Below are positions 60,728 through 64,000 of a stretch of DNA of 64,000 nt, piece after piece. The stretch spans positions 4,288,001 through 4,352,000 of the forward strand of contig OZ220741.1 in the NCBI GenBank assembly GCA_965116885.1, in the 5' to 3' direction. The notes beneath the pieces are model-generated. The model did not search any database. It was not told the DNA's origin and worked only from the letters and a program-made list of their open reading frames with translations. A program made the translations under genes and the position numbers. Every line of letters starts with the position of its first letter. Position 1 is the stretch's first letter. The stretch comes from Candidatus Latescibacterota bacterium. Lineage in GTDB: Bacteria > Latescibacterota > UBA2968.

Positions 60728-62200
60728 TCACAATGAGAGAATCTTCCCGATCTTTCCCGGTTGTGCCCAGTTGCATTTCCCCTCTCCGTTGAGTTGTCTC
60801 AACAAAGCGGGAATACCTGGATGTTGAAGCGCAGCGCAAACCCTCCCGGCATCGGCCTTGTTCCAACAAGGGATAAACGCCTGCATGGCCTGGTTTACTT
60901 GCCACACTTGCCCCTTCTCATTGCTCAAGATGATGGGATGAAAATCGCTCTTACCATAAGCCTCCCAGATAACCTTATAGGGCGCAAAAGAATACGGGCC
61001 AACGCCGAGCAGCGACCACCAGACGCCTTTGGCAATAGCAGATCGGATCAAGGTACCTCTCCGATTTTCAAGTTTGTCTCTAACCTCAATGAGATATTGT
61101 CTCAGTTCGGCATATTGCTCAATACTGGCCCACGAAAGCGGCCGTCCTGTATTTCTATTGTATGGAAGCAAAATCCATTTATGCGGGACCATGTCCACAT
61201 TCTTCCAGATCTCCTTTGTCGCAAGCGGAAAGAGAAATTCCCCAGGCAGATGCGCTGGCTTATCCTCGAACATGAAAATCGTATTCGCACCGCAAGTATT
61301 CACACCCTGACGCGGTTTCTGCTCAGAAGACAGTTCGACTTTGATGGCGCCAAGATCAGCAGTATCCCCGCGCGGAAGAACACGCCACTGATCATCAGGA
61401 ACCTTTAGGGGAACCGCCCGGTGTTCAATCCACTCCCCTCCCCGCTCTCTGAAATACCTGACGGGGAATTTGCGTGGCACATCCATGCGAAACTTGGCGC
61501 AACAATAAGATGTACCTACCCCTTCGAACACCTCTGTCGCGGTAAACTCACAGACCTCATCTACCGCAAATCTCCGACCGCTGGCAACGTAGTCCCTGAA
61601 TCCCCTGTGGGCATCACCTGAGAAGATAGAAAGTGGTAGATAGAAACACCCTATCCCATTCTTGCACAGCAAATTGCCCAGAACGACCTTCAACACCAGT
61701 GCCGCTATATCGGTGCGCGAGGCACCGAGAAGAACCTGTTTTTTATCGGGAACCAGACCTTCTGCTACAAAATAAGACTTGAGTCTCTCCTTATATGAAT
61801 CGGACAAATCCGTGAAATTTGCCCACGGCGGGTTGCCAAACAAGATGTCGTAATCGGTATTCGGAGGATTTGTAATCACATCTAAAGCGAGAAGCTGAGA
61901 CGCAGGAAAATCAACCGCGAAATTCCGACGCGCTTTACGCTGGAATGCATGGAGATGTGATGCACGGACCTCAATCAAAGTCAGCCGCGAAAGAAGCTCT
62001 GGAGACACCCGAACACCTCTTAATTTAGCGAGACGGAACAGCGCGAGCGCGAAAGCCCCCTGTCCCGCAGTCGGGTCACAAACAGACGCCCCATCAATCC
62101 ACGCATCGAAAATACTCCACCGCTCAATAAGCCATTCTGCCCATTTAATCGGAGTAAAAACCTGTCCCACCTCAACACTGTGCGAACTGTTTACAATCAT
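60728..62200 (-). CDS. Amino (N6-adenine type) DNA methyltransferase, gamma-class motif order, orphan
   Basis: GQVFTP (motif X), VCDPTAGQGAF (I), DILFGNPPW (IV). Start ATG 62200 after GGAGGT. Confidence 0.82.
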   Translation of the reverse strand: MIVNSSHSVEVGQVFTPIKWAEWLIERWSIFDAWIDGASVCDPTAGQGAFALALFRLAKLRGVRVSPELLSRLTLIEVRASHLHAFQRKARRNFAVDFPASQLLALDVITNPPNTDYDILFGNPPWANFTDLSDSYKERLKSYFVAEGLVPDKKQVLLGASRTDIAALVLKVVLGNLLCKNGIGCFYLPLSIFSGDAHRGFRDYVASGRRFAVDEVCEFTATEVFEGVGTSYCCAKFRMDVPRKFPVRYFRERGGEWIEHRAVPLKVPDDQWRVLPRGDTADLGAIKVELSSEQKPRQGVNTCGANTIFMFEDKPAHLPGEFLFPLATKEIWKNVDMVPHKWILLPYNRNTGRPLSWASIEQYAELRQYLIEVRDKLENRRGTLIRSAIAKGVWWSLLGVGPYSFAPYKVIWEAYGKSDFHPIILSNEKGQVWQVNQAMQAFIPCWNKADAGRVCAALQHPGIPALLRQLNGEGKCNWAQPGKIGKILSL

Positions 62201-62433
62201 TACCTCCAACCCATTCCAGTACAATTAGTTATGAAAATCATATAATGAATTTTATCCAGCGCAATCAGATACTGATTTCGGATCCATTTCTCCCTTGATA
62301 TTACATATCGCATCTATACACGCTTGTTTACCAAAATTCAACCCGATTATACCCGCCTGATAAACACCTGTCAACCGATTTGTGTCAATAAGACGCGTGA
62401 ATATCCCATTGGTTATTTTTAATCCGTTCAATT

Positions 62434-62473
62434 AAAAAAGACGGCACTGGGAAAATTGCCAGTGCCGTTCTTT
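62434..62473 (+). terminator. Terminator-like hairpin upstream of the deaminase
   Basis: GACGGCACTGG-GAAAATTG-CCAGTGCCGTT followed by a T-rich tract. Confidence 0.55.
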
Positions 62474-62539
62474 CATTTTTTAGATTATATTTTATTTTTT
62501 AGTTTTACAAAATATTAACAAAGAAAAGGAGATATTGGG

Positions 62540-63007
62540 ATGCAGCAGAAATTCATGAGCAGAGCCATAGAGCTCTCCCGGATTCATATGAGGGCGGGAG
62601 CAGGAGGCCCATTCGGTGCGGTTATCGTCAAGGACGGAAGAATTATTTCGGAGGGGTATAATGAGGTGCTCTCCAACAAAGACCCCACAGCCCATGCGGA
62701 GATCATGGCCATCAGAAAGGCTACATTCAAGCTCGACACCTTCCACCTCCAGGGATGCGAAATCTACACCAGTTGCGAACCCTGCCCCATGTGTCTCGCC
62801 GCCATCTACTGGGCCAGAATCGAGAAAATTTATTTCGCCAATACCGCTGAAGACGCCAGGAATATTGGCTTCGACGACCAATCCTTTTATCAGGAATTGC
62901 AACTGCCGTGGGCCGAACGTCAAATCCCTTCCCAGCAATTGCTGCGCGATCAGGCATTAGCGGTCTTCAGAGAGTGGCAGGAAAAGGTGGATCGCATTGA
63001 GTACTAG
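62540..63007 (+). CDS. guaD: Guanine deaminase (CDA-fold nucleoside deaminase)
   Basis: GGPFGAVIV, DPTAHAE, YTSCEPCPMCLAAIYWARI, GFDD, C-terminal Y. Confidence 0.88.
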   Translation: MQQKFMSRAIELSRIHMRAGAGGPFGAVIVKDGRIISEGYNEVLSNKDPTAHAEIMAIRKATFKLDTFHLQGCEIYTSCEPCPMCLAAIYWARIEKIYFANTAEDARNIGFDDQSFYQELQLPWAERQIPSQQLLRDQALAVFREWQEKVDRIEY

Positions 63008-63999
63008 AGTGACCCGACCACAAACCGGATCGCGAACAGCACCGCCACCGTAACCACCGCCAGATTCAGCTCAAGGCGGCGCCCGCCCAACACCTTAATA
63101 AGTACATATGAGATGAATCCGAGGCCGATTCCGGTGGCGATCGAATAGGTGAAAGGCATCGCTATCGCCGTCACAATGGCAGGCACGCACTCAGTCAGAT
63201 CTTCCCATTCTATGTGCCGAAGGGCGCGCACCATGACACACCCTACAAACACGATCGCTGGGGCAGTCGCGTAAACCGGAATCGCCGTTGCCACAGGCGC
63301 GAACACAAGCGCGACCAGGAAAAGCCCCGCCACGACCAGAGCCGTAAGTCCAGTCCGCCCACCAGCCCGCACCCCCGCTGCACTTTCGATACTTGACGTC
63401 GTGGTTGACGTACCCAGAAGTGCGCCTACAATAGTGGCAGAGCTATCCGCTACAAGGGCACGGCGCAGCCCTGTAACCCGACCGGCGCTATCGGTCAATC
63501 CTCCCTCGTTGAGTACCGCAACCAGCGTGCCGCTGGTGTCAAATAGATCCACCATCAGGAATGCGAATACGATCGAGATCAAGCCTATCTCGAATGCCCC
63601 GACAATGTCCAGTTGCAACGCTGTTGGAGCCAGCGAAGGTGGTAGCGCTACCACGGATTCCGGTGCTGGCGACAGCCCCCCTATCCAACCCACCAATGCC
63701 ACAACCAGAATGCAGATCAGCACAGAGCCAGGCACCTTCCGATGCTCAAGCGCCACGATTCCAATAAATCCGAGGCCCGCCAGCACCACTGTCCACTGAG
63801 CCAGATCGCCCAGCGTGACCAGCGTGGCTTCGCTGGCTACCACAATCCCTGCGTTGCGCAACCCAATAATGACAAGGAAGTATCCGATCCCCGCTGCAAT
63901 GGCCATCTTCTGCGAACGCGGAATGCTGTTGACGACCCACTCTCGCACGGGAAGCACGGACAGGATGAGCATCAGGCATCCAGAACAGAACACCGCTCC
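63004..63999 (-). CDS. NCS2/AzgA-family purine permease, 5' partial
   Basis: AIAAGIG.FL..IGL, DLFDTSGTL, GTSTTTS.IES.AG...GGRTGL, MPFTYSIATGI. Confidence 0.92.
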   Translation of the reverse strand, partial: GAVFCSGCLMLILSVLPVREWVVNSIPRSQKMAIAAGIGYFLVIIGLRNAGIVVASEATLVTLGDLAQWTVVLAGLGFIGIVALEHRKVPGSVLICILVVALVGWIGGLSPAPESVVALPPSLAPTALQLDIVGAFEIGLISIVFAFLMVDLFDTSGTLVAVLNEGGLTDSAGRVTGLRRALVADSSATIVGALLGTSTTTSSIESAAGVRAGGRTGLTALVVAGLFLVALVFAPVATAIPVYATAPAIVFVGCVMVRALRHIEWEDLTECVPAIVTAIAMPFTYSIATGIGLGFISYVLIKVLGGRRLELNLAVVTVAVLFAIRFVVGSL

Positions 64000-64000
64000 G

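Noticed and set aside
62230..62539. Canonical purine riboswitch
   Set aside because: Consensus elements (GTTTCTACC, CCGTAAA) not found
1..64000. CRISPR arrays, tRNA/rRNA genes, transposases, integrases
   Set aside because: No repeat-spacer arrays, cloverleaf or rRNA signatures, or DDE/tyrosine recombinase ORFs were seen; intergenic gaps are short

Overview
Bacterial chromosomal window, about 60 CDS, probably from an FCB-related lineage such as Latescibacterota or Gemmatimonadota (inferred from a GWxTD protein, a short RpoD, futalosine genes, a sulfatase and a PhyH gene). It appears to contain the replication terminus: a dif-like site at 7797-7824, where the + strand changes by eye from G/T-rich to C/A-rich. 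Beside it is a MerR/Xis-type HTH plus coiled-coil gene whose promoter carries helically spaced direct repeats. Housekeeping genes include gcvT, leuS, asnS, rimP-nusA-infB-rbfA-truB-ribF-rpsO-pnp, der, zapA, nadD, bamD, rbsK, purB, rmlC, purL, mqnB and mqnD. Accessory content includes a C39/cNMP type I secretion cassette, two TA pairs with visible operators, an orphan DNA methyltransferase and catabolic genes. The two most notable items are (i) a compact nitroreductase-DsrM-DsrK-cysteine desulfurase-DsrC operon with no dsrAB in the window and (ii) a peroxiredoxin-like selenoprotein (UxxC plus SECIS-like hairpin) that the ORF track splits in two. All calls come from motif recognition by eye; no searches were run.
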